The translations under genes and the position numbers were made by a program. Below, piece by piece: positions 48,590 through 61,395 of a stretch of DNA of 64,000 nt. A model generated the notes under the pieces. That model was not told where the DNA came from. It saw nothing but the letters and a program-made list of their open reading frames with translations, and did not search any database. The stretch is from contig QPGO01000186.1 of NCBI GenBank assembly GCA_008632985.1, positions 62,001 through 126,000 of the forward strand, written 5' to 3'. Numbering within the stretch: the first letter of the stretch is position 1; each line of letters starts with the position of its first letter. Source of the DNA: Psammoneis japonica. Its lineage: Eukaryota.

Positions 48590-49500
48590 AGTAGCGAGCA
48601 TTGTCGTGAAGGTTTCCGAAACGTTTCAAACCTCCCTCCGAGGATGCGGTTTCTCATTTCGCTACGGATTCCATAAATGACCTTACGGACATTCGTCACG
48701 TTATGGACGTTGTGGAAACCTTCCCTCAAAGATGAGGTTTGTCAACATTGCTTCCGTAACGAAACTTAACGTAATGGTTTGAAAAAATCGTTACGGAATC
48801 CGTAACGACTCCGTAACGTTATGGTTTGAAAAATTCATTGCGGATTCCCTTTTTTGATTATTGGAAAGTAGCAGTAGCTCTAGAGAGCAGCTACTAGACA
48901 GATAGATGATGCACCTACCGGCCCTGAATTCCGCATGTCGCCGGGCGTTGCTCTTGGCCATTGTCGTTTGTGAAAGTCTTAATGAACGACTTATGGCAAT
49001 TGATCTGTGTTGTAGTAATGATGCTACTCCTATGATCGGCTGGAGTCTCCTACACCTCGAGAGGAGGTTGGATAATAGCAATGGCGCTAACAGTAAGACC
49101 AACGCTGTCATGGTCTGAAAATTGTGAGGTTCCAATCAGGGTTCGGTCGTGACGTAATGAGTCTTGCGATTTGCGATGGCGATTTTGTGTTGAGCCACGA
49201 CTAAATAGATGAGTGAATCGTGACTGCTGTGGCAACATCATCTGCAGAAGATGAGCATGGATAGCGAGCATTGTCGTGAGGTTTTTCTGAGACGTTTCAA
49301 ACCTTCCATCGAGGACGAGGTTTCTCATTTCGTTGCGGAATCCACAACAAATTCCGTAAACGTTACGGAATCCGCATCGTTGTTGCGGACGCCCGTCACG
49401 TTTTGTGGACATTGTGGAAACCTTGCTTCGAGGATGAGGTTTCTCATTTCGTTTTTGCCGTCCGCAACGTTATGGACGTTGTGGAATCCGCAACATTGTG
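48590..49500. repeat. Intergenic repeat built from gaggatgaggtttctcatttcg units and the palindrome gttacggaatccgtaac
   Basis: tagcgagcattgtcgtga at about 48592 and 49262; perfect inverted repeat TCGTTACGGA-A-TCCGTAACGA at 48788-48808; degenerate copies at 49332, 49362, 49478. Confidence 0.8.
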
Positions 49501-49870
49501 GCGAGACACTCGCTCACGCATTTCGCTCTTGTTCCGCAGAATTGCATGATCTCGCGTCGTCTTCGAAGCGGAACTTTTTCATTTTGGCTTGTTTGTGCTG
49601 GCCTTGAGGACTGGGGTGCTACGTCCATTGAAGACTGCAACATCACGTTGTTCACAAATCCACTGAAACAACCTGAACAACCTGAACCTGATGATTCCAG
49701 ATTCATTCTCCGGAGATTACCTTACCGGGTAGCTCTGCTGTGAGAGCCGTCGTCTTGTCAGTGTCTTGAGTCTCGGGTGTGTGGGTAGGTGTCGGTTGAC
49801 GACTCACGAGCCTACGCGCAGGCTGAAGGCCAACAGGCAGGCAGAAGGCAGCAAAACGCAAAGACGCAAA

Positions 49871-51682
49871 ATGAACATGACAACGGTGAGGCTAGCGGTG
49901 TTCGCTGCGTTGTGGCTGAGCACGCCAATACACGGGTTTGCCCCTATCAGGAGCCCCCAAAACCAAGTTGGGAAAACAAAAATCTCAACAGGCCAGTGTT
50001 TGCTACTGTGGACGTTCCTGCGGAGAAAAGTGAAACGAAGGAGTCGTCGATTGCGTCCCCCAAGGTTCGACCACTCCATCAGAATTGGTGGCCAGTGACT
50101 CTATTGAATTCCCTAGACAAGTCTCGACCGAACCCGATAGAGCTCTTGGGGTCTCGTCTTGTGTTGTTCTGGGATGATGGACCAAACGAATGGAAGTGCC
50201 TAGACGACAAATGTGCTCATCGGTTTGCGCCTCTGAGCGAAGGACGTGTTTTGCCTGCTCAAGACAACAGCTGCAAAGCTGCTTGTCTGCAATGCGCATA
50301 TCACGGGTGGGAGTTTAGCGGCGACGGTAAATGCACGCATCTCCCACAAGGAGCTAAAGAGACAGAAGAAAAGGTAAAGCCAGTGCCCTCCTACCCAGTC
50401 AGAGTTGACGTGGGGATGGTTTGGGTTTGGGCTGATCCAGACAAAGCCTCGCTACCACTTGCGAACTCTTTACAGCTACCTATAGATTCCTTATTGAGGC
50501 GTCACCATGAATACCACGGCGATGGGGCTTGCTTTATGCGAGACTTGCCCTACGGAATGGAGCTATTGGGGGAGAATTTGTTGGACCTAAGCCACCTTCC
50601 CTTCTCTCATCATAGTGTCGGAGGCCTCTCTCGAGAAAGTGGTGGTCCCCTTCCACTGAGAATGATGTCCGAAGAACAAAGGAAGAGTTTGAGTCATGGG
50701 ATGATAGCTTTGAGGGCTCGCCATTGCTGCAGGCGAGTCTCGTTGACGCGGGGCACCACGACCCAGTGTTTATGGGACTTCGAAATGCCATGGGAGATGA
50801 CGCCATTGACGAAGATGCGCAATGCGTAATTGGTTTCTACGAACCTGCCCACGTTCGGTATCGCCGTGTACGGAAGAAAGGCCAAGCGTCTCATACCGAG
50901 CTATTCATGTGCCCAACTCATCCCGGTAAGAGCCGGGTGTTTTTGTTCAATGTTGCATCAAGCCTGCTGCCGTCGCCCAACAACCAAGAGAAGAAGAAGA
51001 ACTTTGTTTCGTCGCTGTCGAAACTTCGACATCCCAAAAAGTTTCTTGCTTCACTCCAATTGTACATCTTTAGGAAGATGATGAATCCATCTCGAGTCAC
51101 CAGCCATTTGTTCTCTCACAAGATTTTTGATGGTGACGGGATCTTTTGCACAAGCAAGGTAACCGCATGTCTCAATTCGGCTTGACGTTTCGGGACTACG
51201 AAACGCCATCTTCTGCAGACGTCTTGTTGAATGCCTTTCGCCGATACTTGGAGGGTGCTGCAAAAGCAACGCAGAATGCGGGAAAGGATGCAGCGGCAAG
51301 ATGCGTGGTTCCGCCAAAAGATACATACCGCGATACGGACCCTCGCTCGGTTCTTCTCGATAGATACATGTCCCACACGGCCAACTGTGCCGTATGTAGT
51401 GCCGCCTTGGAAAAGTACAAAAGGAGAAAAAGGCGTTGTGATGCGATTCTTGCAGGCTTAGTGGGTGCGACGGGAGCATCGCTGTCTCTGGCATTGTCGA
51501 CGGCCCTTGCGGTCGTGAGGCGAGGCATTGCGGATGCGTCAATTTTTCCGCTACAAAATCTAGTCACCACTGCTCTTTCTTGCATGCTTGGCATTGTCTG
51601 GACATCCAAACGACGAGCTCGACTGGAAAGGAAGATTCAGGAGTTGTGTTTTGTTGACTATGTTCATGCTCGTGTCGACTGA
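49871..51682 (+). CDS. Pheophorbide a oxygenase-like Rieske oxygenase, plastid-targeted; three apparent frameshifts
   Basis: Signal peptide plus GFAP; CAHRFAPLSEG...CAYHGWEF; ENLLDLSHLPFSH; FDGD; HTANCAVC; C-terminal TM helices; split over four ORFs. Confidence 0.88.
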
Positions 51683-52601
51683 TGTTTGTTCAATTGGCGG
51701 CTCTAGAGACTTGATGGAGCAAACTGACAATCGCGGCGAAAATAAATCAGAAGGAGGCTTGCTTCGGTACGATAGTTATCCCTAAGCTACAGTACCTCTA
51801 CGGTTCAAACTATGTACTGTACCTGGTGAAAGCGCCGCTACAAAAATGATTCTCGCGCAACGCGAGACAGGAAAACTCTACCGGTATCAAATTCTGCTTA
51901 CTTTTCGCCTTCCTCCTGATAATGCAACTAATCACATGTCCTTTGTCGGAGAATTTACAAGCAAGGTCGAGACCGGTAAGGTGGTGTCCTAGTTCAAAAC
52001 GATAGGAGATGGAGAGCTGCTAATTCTAAAACAATGCGTACTTTCCGAACGCATGGACTCATACGTTCAGAAAGGAATGCAATGTTAATGTCCCCCAAAC
52101 CCCCAATCGCGACAGAATCGCTAACAGCAATCAAGCTACAGTAGTAGTAGTAGCAGCAGCTATTCGGCATCTCACTCCAGCTACCGGTACCGTAGAGCGT
52201 CCAAGCTTCACGAAACACGCCCCAAAAATTTTTCGCACTTCCGGGTTCTGTCCATGTTAGTGGTCGCTGTCGTTGCGCTGTTTTCAACTTTCGCCGCACT
52301 CGCCATGGCGCATGTCACACTCCGTACTAGCGTTTTGCATACTGCGGCATTTGAATAATGAGTCTGTCGATAAACAAGCTACAGCAACTGTTTCATGAAG
52401 TGATGGAGCAAATCCCGAGTCCCGCCAAAAATGGCGGGAAAACCAAAGATCGGTGCGTGGAACGCTACGTGCTTTCGCCGTACAACAGCAGCGACACCCC
52501 AACAGCGGCCACTCTTCACTCTTCGTCGTCATCACTCAATAATCCCTGTTGAACAGAACACTCCATCAGCATCTCAATACTGAATCAATTCAAACAATTC
52601 A

Positions 52602-54720
52602 ATGCCTCGCCTTCACATTCCTGCCGTGAAGAAACGACCCGGGTGGCAACGTGCCGCCGCCGGAAAAGGTTTCGCTACCGCTCTTCAAAAGAATCAGCGA
52701 CGGAAAATGACAGCAGTAGTTTAGATCTCTTCAGTGGCAGGACGACTCGACTCCTTCCTTTGCACCCAAGCAAATTACTGTCAAGGACAAGAGCTCTAGA
52801 AAGCGCAAGTCGACGGAGCTAAAAGTGACGACAACAAGGTCGGCAGCAAAGACGACAAACTCAGCAACAAAAAGAGCAAGCAGTATGACGAAACGAAACA
52901 CAGAAATCGCACCTCGTCACCATCATACTACGACACCTACAGCGGTGACTCCAGCAGCTCCCAAAAAGAAAGCGTCTTCCAATCGCCGCGCACTCGCCGT
53001 GGACAATCGAATTCTACAAACCGTCACGTGCGATGCGGCGGGACGGGTCTTTATGAATCACGTTGTGGAATCCTTCTTGGCGACGCTGACGCAGCGCGGT
53101 GCCGCTCCGTGTATTGTAGCGTCGTTGCAACAAGCATCCTCAAAAAAGCAAATCGAAGTCAAGGCCGAGTGCGAGTGGAACGACTTGTGGAAGAATAGTC
53201 CCATCCACATTCCCGCTCCGTCCAATATGAGCAACACGGCGAATCGAAATGCGATTCACGTTCCAAACAAGCTGCTGGCGCACAATTCGTACAAGTTCTT
53301 TGGTAATCTTGGTGAGTTACTGCGATCTCTGCACCTGTATGGTGACGTTTACGTATTTGTAATGTTATACTGACTGTTCTGTATATTTGCGTTGTTCTCT
53401 TCTTAGTTGAATCCATGGTTCAAGTAGACGCCGAGACTTTTGATCAAGTACGTCCGCTGGATGTTACGATTTTGACAAGCGACGTTGCCTTTTTATCCGA
53501 TACCAAGGAAGACTCCCACAAGCACGGCATTCATGGATTTTGGAATCAAGTTGGCAAATGCCACCAAGCGGTCGGCTCGATAACCATTGTCGTAGTGGAA
53601 ACGGGCGCCGGCTTGTATGCCGTCAATCAAGACGGATGGGAAAAGAACGAGTCTCTCACCAACACCGACTCCTCGTTCGCAAATGCCTTCAGAGCGTCAA
53701 GAATGAAATTTTGCTTTCCAGCCGCAACGAGGCATCACCCGTGAATATGGAAATTACAAGCATTGAAAACAACAAGATTGACTTTCAGTTGCTTGCGGGC
53801 AAATGGATTACGCAATTGTGCTCACCGTCACTTTCAGCTAGCCGCATTAGCTTTCCTTGCCTGAAACGGTCGATGGCACGCAGTGCAGTGTCGATTTGGA
53901 TTTGGTGTACAAAATCATGCCCTTTCGCGCCGATTCCCCCGCGGCCGCACAGCTCCGCGGCGACATGGAGCTCTTGTCCCGTTGCGACATTCAAGTCCTT
54001 CAAATGATTCCGCTTGATAATATTGATGCCTCGCTCCTCTTTGGTGTTCCCATGGCGGTTCGAGCCGGGATGGAACAAGACTTGTCGCGATTCCGTGAAA
54101 TGAAATTGTTGGTGCAGTGTCTATGGAAGTACCTGGTCGAGCAACAAGTGGCGCTTGTGCTTCGAGCCAGAACTCCCAAGAATACTAATATCAGCAATGG
54201 TGGTGGGCTCTATTTTGATGAGTCTGGCGAAACCTTTCTTCTCATGGCGGACGAGGTGTCTCGCAAACGCCAGCAGTCGTTTGAAAGCACGGGCGAGACA
54301 GAACAAGCCGACATTACTGGGGGTACAAGGGGAACTCTGTTTCGGTATGCATGCCAAAACCACGTCTTGGACCTTCGAGATGATGGCGACGACATGGATT
54401 GTATGGATGACGCTCTTTGTTCCGAGTACACTGAGTACATTGAGAATTCGTGTGAGTTCCTCAATCGCGAGCCGTACAATCCGTTTGTGGCTGGTGACGC
54501 CATGTTGGATGCCCCGGAGGGACCAAACGCTACTAATACTAGGATGACCGCTACTAGCGAGACTCCAAAGCATACAGATGGGGACAATAGTGATGACGTG
54601 ATGGTGGACTGGGGCGACAACGAAGGCGTGGGCGCCAGGCCGAGTCAGGATTCTGCTTCGTCAACGTCTTCTTCCTCGTTAGAGGAGATCCCTGGAGAGT
54701 TTGAATACTTTTCTGATTGA
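52602..54720 (+). CDS. Hypothetical protein (intron 53312-53406; probable frameshifts)
   Basis: GTGAGT...tactgac...ttcttAG intron; consecutive plus-strand ORFs ending at 54720. Confidence 0.55.
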
Positions 54721-54878
54721 GGCGGTCACTCGATTACACGGTCCTTGGGGCATGGGATAGAAGGAAAGCGTATACAGTGGGACTAATCGAATCTTTCCTA
54801 CTCGAGTTTAGTTTTTTTGTATTCTTGGAATTCGTTTTCTTTCTGTTACCCGCGTCCTGAACCTATTTTCTCTCTGAA

Positions 54879-54916
<38 letters not shown>

Positions 54917-55343
54917 TGCCATATTCACTGGATGATGAAAAGAAACTGCAAATCCAAAATGAATGCTGGGAAGAAAAACAAAACCATTTGATTCAATCGA
55001 CTGAGTATAATATGTATTCATACATGAAATATTTTTTAAAAATAGTTGTTTTCAACTCCACATTATTTTCATCTCTGAGGATGATCATAAAAATATATTT
55101 TGAATTTTTGAACAAGCACAAACCGTCGGAGCGTTGAGCGTTGATATCGAGACTCGAGAGAGAGAGAGACGATGATCTGGAGATGATCGTCCAAGTTCAA
55201 GCATCCAAGCATTCATATTATATGGAGTATTGCAAAGGAATCGTCCTCGAGAACGCGAGCACGAAATATGAAAGGTTGTACAGAGTAGATTGGTGGTGTT
55301 CGATCGACAAAGCTGCTGCAAACCCACTAGGAATATAATTCGC

Positions 55344-56696
55344 ATGCAGATTTCAGAACCAAAAAGCATGAATGTTGGCGTTGGATCTCGGTACTGCAAC
55401 CTGCATTCCGCAGTCGCTCTCATAACGCTGATTGTATTTGTTACAATAAACATCTCAGTAATCTGTTTGCATGCTGGATTAAAAGATGAAGAAAATGGCA
55501 AGAAGAACCATACGCCATTCAGCCGACAGAGAACATCCGTTCATAGTGCTCTCGAGAAACTGGATTTGCCCCTACTCAAGCAGAACCAGTCGAAGGCTTC
55601 AGGAGATTGCTTTTGTCCCAATGGTAGGCCCAATTGGATTTACTATCACCAGTACTGTCCAAGCAACTATAATGGTGCGGGTATCAAGGATCGGCAAAAC
55701 ATTTTCAGGAATGTTCTGTTCTGGGCTGACGAAGTATGTGCTCGCGTGGCATTTGCGTGCTCACCAAAAGTGATGCTGAATGAGAAACGCCACGGATGTC
55801 GTGTTCCCGAAGAAGCCACGTGGGATGAATACTTTGTTGCGATTCGCAAAAGCATCGTCGATGGCGAACAAAAAGTCGATCTCGTGGAAGGCATATTGGA
55901 ACCAGAGATTGATGAATCTCAATTTGAGGGGATGGCCACGATCAACACAACTCGAGATTCTCACGGAAAGGAATCGACGAGTTTGAATGGCAGAATGGTA
56001 TGACTGCAATGGAATCATACAAGCTTGCTCAGCAATTGTCCACTAAGAACGAAACATTTGTTTGGAGATTTGGCATAAGTTTTTGGCAATCGGACCTCCA
56101 CTTCAAAGACTTTTTCACGGAAGACCGCTACAAAGAAGGCATAATCCCTCACCGAGCATATACCGATTCATGTGGAATACTAGACGTATACATGACAAGA
56201 ACGCAAATCAGAGTGGCACAGATTTTGCTGGATTTCATGAATGTCACATATGTGAAAGCTTGTTTCTCTTCATTTGAGAAGAGGTGATCATACGGGATGT
56301 GATACGAATCCAGCGGTGGTTGTCGACTATCTGAATTGTTCCTTAGATGTAGAGGAGCCCAACCACAATGTTGAGCATGTCTTAGCTTTTACAAACGGGG
56401 ACAAGGAATACAGGAGAAACATGACAAAAGCGTTCAACGACGGATTCGCTCCCAACAAGGATATTATATTTGTAGATGACACTGTGGAATCGGAAGCATT
56501 TCTCGAACACCTTGGACAGGTGGAGGGATTGCCGAAAAACATTGGATCTCGAATGTTGCAGGATAACTGTTATCGATGGTCTGTCTTAAAGGTCATCATC
56601 TCCACTTCTTACTTTCATTTGGAACGAGGAAAAGCCAGTTGTAATGAATGCGACCAAGGAGGCATCAATCCTAACGAAACTGTTGTAAGATGGTAA
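55344..56696 (+). CDS. Type II membrane protein, fucosyltransferase-like (frameshifted)
   Basis: N-terminal TM helix; AGIKDR; LHLRRGD at about 56268-56288; three ORFs in series. Confidence 0.55.
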
Positions 56697-56903
56697 CCAA
56701 ACAAACTATTACTCCTTATAAATATCGTACAAATAGTATTCCAGTGTCATCCGTCATGCGTGCGAAGCGAAAGAAGGCACAACTTTAGATACCACACAAC
56801 CTCGAAAGGTCGTCCTGTCTTCGCCACTGCATCATAATTGAACGCCTCCTTTCTTTCGCAAACTCCGCATGTCCATCAGACTCTTTGGCTTAGACTAGTA
56901 GCA

Positions 56904-58202
56904 TTAACTGAAAGCTGATAACAAGAAAGATACAAGCATAATGGGCGACGACTCGTTTCCCTCCGATGTGGTGGGCGAAGGAGTCGAAACGACAGTGGAT
57001 TCTGGTGTTGAAGCACCTGTGGATTCTGGTGTGGAAGCACCTGTTGATGCAGGGGTTGATGCCGCGGTTGATCCAGGTGTCCCTACCGGAGTAGGCATTG
57101 GAGTGCCGGGGCTTACACTTTCCGGTCTCACGGCCTTGAGCAACTGGCTAGCAAAAGGGTCGCATACATTGTCCACTTCCACCAAATTTAGAATAGTGCC
57201 ATTCTGCACCAATTCTTTAACAAATTCCAACACGAGACGATTGATCTCTGATTCTTCCACATCCTTTAGAATGTTTGTCACTTGCAGACCAAGAAGAAGT
57301 TCAGGCAAGGGAATAGGTCGAAAGATGGAAAGCGTGACGGTATCTTCAACAACTTGCCAAAGAGCCTGCAACTGCCAAGGTTTACCGTCCGGTGGAGGTC
57401 CTGCACCAACAACCTCACGCAGATGGTCAAAGAGTCGATTCTTCGGGAAGTCCTTGGAGTCACTATCGTCCCAACAATCGAAAGTTTTGACCTTGTCCGT
57501 CGTCAATACGTCTTTCATGCACAAAAAGGCAGCAGCGAGTGCGCTGGCGTCAGCTTCGCTCAACGGCGGCACGCAATTTCGCACGGCATCCACGTTTTCC
57601 TGGACGTTGTCGGGCAAAAAGCCGTGACAGTTCATGGTGTCGTTAAAGTTTTGAATAAAGCAAGACCCGTCCATAGCCAACACCGGACCTCTTTCTAGCG
57701 CATCCCTCACTGTAAGATTTTGGAATTCTGCACAGTCCTGAATGAAATCGATACCAAAGTCATCCAAAATGGTTGAAACGCGTTCATTGCAGGTGTCGCC
57801 CTCGCGACAACCGACAATCTTCAACAAGAGTAATTCTCCCTGAGACGTTCCGAGCCTGGACCAATCACGTAATTCTCTGATTCCGTCGACAAAGGATACC
57901 TCCGTCACGACCCTATCGCCGTGACGAAAAAAGAGATCGCCGTTTGCTTCCGCTGGGCGAAGGTCAAAGGCCCTTGCACCGCAGAAAAGCTGCTCTGTGA
58001 AGGTGCCAACTTGATTCTTGAAGAAACCAACTGCAAGGTCTTCAAAAGGCGATTTTTCTTCGAGATAACCTGTAGCGGCATTGTGAGCGAATACAAAGGC
58101 CTCTTGATTGAGAGGCAAGTCAAGGCGTAGCGGCCTCTGGGCTAGTGCTGAATGCAATACAACACCGAGCAACAGCTGTAGCGTATTACGGATGAACATC
58201 AT
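56904..58202 (-). CDS. PI-PLC-like phosphodiesterase, secreted, probably GPI-anchored
   Basis: AHNAA, EQLFCGARAFDLRP, HG; STPxSTG repeats; hydrophobic C-terminal tail. Confidence 0.8.
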   Translation of the reverse strand: MMFIRNTLQLLLGVVLHSALAQRPLRLDLPLNQEAFVFAHNAATGYLEEKSPFEDLAVGFFKNQVGTFTEQLFCGARAFDLRPAEANGDLFFRHGDRVVTEVSFVDGIRELRDWSRLGTSQGELLLLKIVGCREGDTCNERVSTILDDFGIDFIQDCAEFQNLTVRDALERGPVLAMDGSCFIQNFNDTMNCHGFLPDNVQENVDAVRNCVPPLSEADASALAAAFLCMKDVLTTDKVKTFDCWDDSDSKDFPKNRLFDHLREVVGAGPPPDGKPWQLQALWQVVEDTVTLSIFRPIPLPELLLGLQVTNILKDVEESEINRLVLEFVKELVQNGTILNLVEVDNVCDPFASQLLKAVRPESVSPGTPMPTPVGTPGSTAASTPASTGASTPESTGASTPESTVVSTPSPTTSEGNESSPIMLVSFLLSAFS

Positions 58203-58675
58203 CTTATCGAAAGAGGAGCAGAGTGTTGTTCTGTTTCGTTCCTGACTCTCTTTGATCACTGTAAAGCTATTTGTTGGTTGTGGGTGGTGTCAGAAGACCT
58301 CTAAAACGCGGATTTCACTCGTGTCAAAATGGACAACACAAACGAGATGATGATGTGTTCGCTTTGTTGATGGATCTTTGTGGCGCGCGCACGCAACATC
58401 AAAAGATCTTCCGTCTGACCTGCCTTCCCACTTCCCTCCAACGCATCGTATTTGATTACGTACATTTGTACGTACGTAAGACTTCGTTGAGAAAGTACGA
58501 AGAAATAAAATGGCGGGAAGGAATTCCGTCTGAAATCTGAAAGTGGAACGTGAAAGTTGACGATGCGAACGACTTGTTCCGTTTCTTTTAGTCGTGACGC
58601 CTCGGCATTGGAAGAAGTAACGACAGCAGCAACTCAAAAGACGGGTTTGAGGTTCTACTAGTGTTAGCACAAATA

Positions 58676-60151
58676 ATGTTGATGCCACACACAGCAGCTC
58701 TAGACCACCGCGCGTTGTTGGATACAAGTACACACCTTTTTCACGCAACAACAACAACTCATTTAGCAGCTGCGTCTCAAGTTGACTTTGAAGATTTTGA
58801 TTCAGAAACGCTCACCATGTTGGGGCATTCGCGTTTGTTGGCAGGAGGACCGCTGCTTGAGATCACCAGGAAAGTACGACTTGTCGGTGAGAACGCCTTT
58901 GCAGCAGCAATTGTGATTTCTACTATTCAAGCAGGTGTTGCCTTGTATCAGTACAGATCCAATCCCAGAGGGGAGCTTATTGTCCCTCCTGGTTTGACCA
59001 TTGGTGTGGAGCGTCCTTTTAATCAAACGACACGTACTGCTACTGTTCCGGATACCAGCTATACCGAGTCTGAAGATGGATTCTCAAAAGCCCTATCAGA
59101 ATTGATGGGGGAAGACGAGCGCTCCGTTACAAGTACTTCCAGCGACACTGATTTCAAGCATATTTGGAGTCGTCCACTAAGTCGGTTGAATCAATGGCTG
59201 TTTCTCTTATTGCCATGGATCAGCACAAAACTTAGCTTTCTAATGGAGCGAAGCGGTCACTTGTTTCACATTAGCTTTGTTATGAGCCTGGCGACTGTTT
59301 TTGGTTTTCAACCGCCCAACTTTAGATGGTTCGGCAGACAAGAAAAAGGCGACCTACATCCTCCTTGGAAACTTGGTAACCGCAAAGCTCAAAACGTTTT
59401 AGTCATTGGCGACTCGCTCGCAGTTGGTCTTGGATGTAGCAACAAGTTCGATACCAACAAGAACAATACTACTCCAATGATGAGACTGGAAAATCTGAAA
59501 ATAGACAAAGATGACGAAGGGGGTGACTTGACCGGCCCGGTGTTTCCAAGAGTCCTTGCGCAGACTCTTTCACAGAAACTTCAATCGACAGTAACATGGC
59601 GAAGCGCTGGCGTGGATGGAGGTGCTGTGGAGGACATTGAACGTTTTTGCCTTGACATTGTAAAGGAGGAAGCGACCAAGGGCCATCCGCCAGATTTTGT
59701 TGTTCTACTCTGTGGGATGAACGATTTGAAAACCTTTGTTGGGAATCCTTTCCAAGCGAGCTCCGGCGCTGCCTTTCAACAGAAAGTATCTGATTTTATT
59801 GATGACATTCGGGAACAAGCTCCCAACTGCAAGGTGATTTTACCAGCGCTTCCAATTCAAATGTTTCATCGAAAGAGTATCTTCAACATTTTCCCGCTAG
59901 GATTGTTCTTGGATGTCGTTGTTGGTTTCTGGGATTCACAGAAAAAGCGAGTTGCAGACAAAGCACCGTCACACGTCCTTTATGTTGGGCTATCAGGAGC
60001 CGACATTTATTCGTGGTACAAGAGACACGATGGAGAAGGGGAGCACAACACACTAATTGCCGCGGACGGAGTTCATCCCAACAAGAGATGCTACTCCAAA
60101 TGGGCAGAGGCGGTGGCAAATAAGCTTGTGGATAAGTTAGAGTTAGACTAA
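58676..60151 (+). CDS. SGNH/GDSL hydrolase
   Basis: VIGDSLAVG, GVDG, GMNDLK, ADGVHPN. Confidence 0.88.
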   Translation: MLMPHTAALDHRALLDTSTHLFHATTTTHLAAASQVDFEDFDSETLTMLGHSRLLAGGPLLEITRKVRLVGENAFAAAIVISTIQAGVALYQYRSNPRGELIVPPGLTIGVERPFNQTTRTATVPDTSYTESEDGFSKALSELMGEDERSVTSTSSDTDFKHIWSRPLSRLNQWLFLLLPWISTKLSFLMERSGHLFHISFVMSLATVFGFQPPNFRWFGRQEKGDLHPPWKLGNRKAQNVLVIGDSLAVGLGCSNKFDTNKNNTTPMMRLENLKIDKDDEGGDLTGPVFPRVLAQTLSQKLQSTVTWRSAGVDGGAVEDIERFCLDIVKEEATKGHPPDFVVLLCGMNDLKTFVGNPFQASSGAAFQQKVSDFIDDIREQAPNCKVILPALPIQMFHRKSIFNIFPLGLFLDVVVGFWDSQKKRVADKAPSHVLYVGLSGADIYSWYKRHDGEGEHNTLIAADGVHPNKRCYSKWAEAVANKLVDKLELD

Positions 60152-60282
60152 ATACAGTACACTAATGCAGGCATGTAGTACCGTAGGAGCGGGATCTTCC
60201 TGCGTGTGTGCTTTTTGAGTCACGAACGAAGTGAGTCACTCGATCGTCAGCGCCGCGCATTGCACTTCCCAACGATCCCACG

Positions 60283-61119
60283 ATGACGAATTTTGGAATG
60301 ACGACGCGGAGCTCCCCGCATTATTTCCAAAGTCGGGAACGGCTTGTCACCATGGTAGAGTCAAAACTAGTACGGAAAACACTTCGTTTGTTTCCAACGA
60401 CTTTGTTTCTTGTTGGAGTAATTATGCTTCGTGAACGGCAGTTTTGCGACGCATTTTCAACCTTGTTGCCGACAACGACGAGATATTGCTCCTACCGTGG
60501 AACCGTTATTCGGCTTGACGCAGACAGCGGTATCCAGGAAGACATAGAGGCAACGACAGAGATTTTGGCAGAAGAACCATCTGAATATGTTGACAATGAG
60601 GCCGAGAGAAAAGAACATATGCGCGAGCTGGTAGTCTCGAGTGAGTTAGACATGCCATTCTCGCCAGAGAGTTCCTTTGATGCGTTTTCAGATCTCACGA
60701 GACAACCATCTTGGTCCTCATGGTTGAAATCCGTAGAATATATAGAGTATCCAACAAACAACAATTCATTGACCGCTCAGGATGAGAATAGTCACTATGG
60801 AAAATCTAAATGGACGATTGGAGTGCGTGGCTTAAAGTTTTCTTGGAAAGCAATCACGACGGCGTCGGAACGTCCACGTCTCATTGAATGGAAGAGCATA
60901 TCTGGTCTCAAGATTCGCGGCAGAGTTGTCTTTGAACCTAAGGAAGATGGGACTCATAACATGAATGTTCAAATGACCTTTGTTCTACCAAGATTAGCAT
61001 GGAGATTATTTCGAAGATCGAGCACTGTGATTCGATTCGTTGAGAGCAAAATGCTTCGTAAAACACTGGAAAACTTTCGGAGCGTCGTATTAGAGGAAGG
61101 CATAAGGCGGGAGGGATAA
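60283..61119 (+). CDS. SRPBCC (polyketide cyclase/START-like) protein
   Basis: FSDLTRQPSWSSWLKSV, SKWT, FSWKA, IEWKSISGL, GRVVF, LENFR. Confidence 0.8.
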   Translation: MTNFGMTTRSSPHYFQSRERLVTMVESKLVRKTLRLFPTTLFLVGVIMLRERQFCDAFSTLLPTTTRYCSYRGTVIRLDADSGIQEDIEATTEILAEEPSEYVDNEAERKEHMRELVVSSELDMPFSPESSFDAFSDLTRQPSWSSWLKSVEYIEYPTNNNSLTAQDENSHYGKSKWTIGVRGLKFSWKAITTASERPRLIEWKSISGLKIRGRVVFEPKEDGTHNMNVQMTFVLPRLAWRLFRRSSTVIRFVESKMLRKTLENFRSVVLEEGIRREG

Positions 61120-61395
61120 TTTCACAAAAGAATGACTTGTGTAGTATTGGTTTACAATGCGTTGCGATACAAAACAAGCCGGCCTTGCTTCCCAGTACTC
61201 CATCCACTGTCAAAGAAATAGTTCGAGAAAGGCATCATAGAGGAGTATCGTACCAGATCCATTGAATAAAACCAACGAGCTGCTTTTGTTCTTGTTGACG
61301 GCGTGAAGTCAAAAAGAACACGTTATTGCGTGATGTCAGAAAAGCTGTTTCAGATACTTAGTACAGAGCTGGTTTAAGGTATTAGTTTTAGTATT

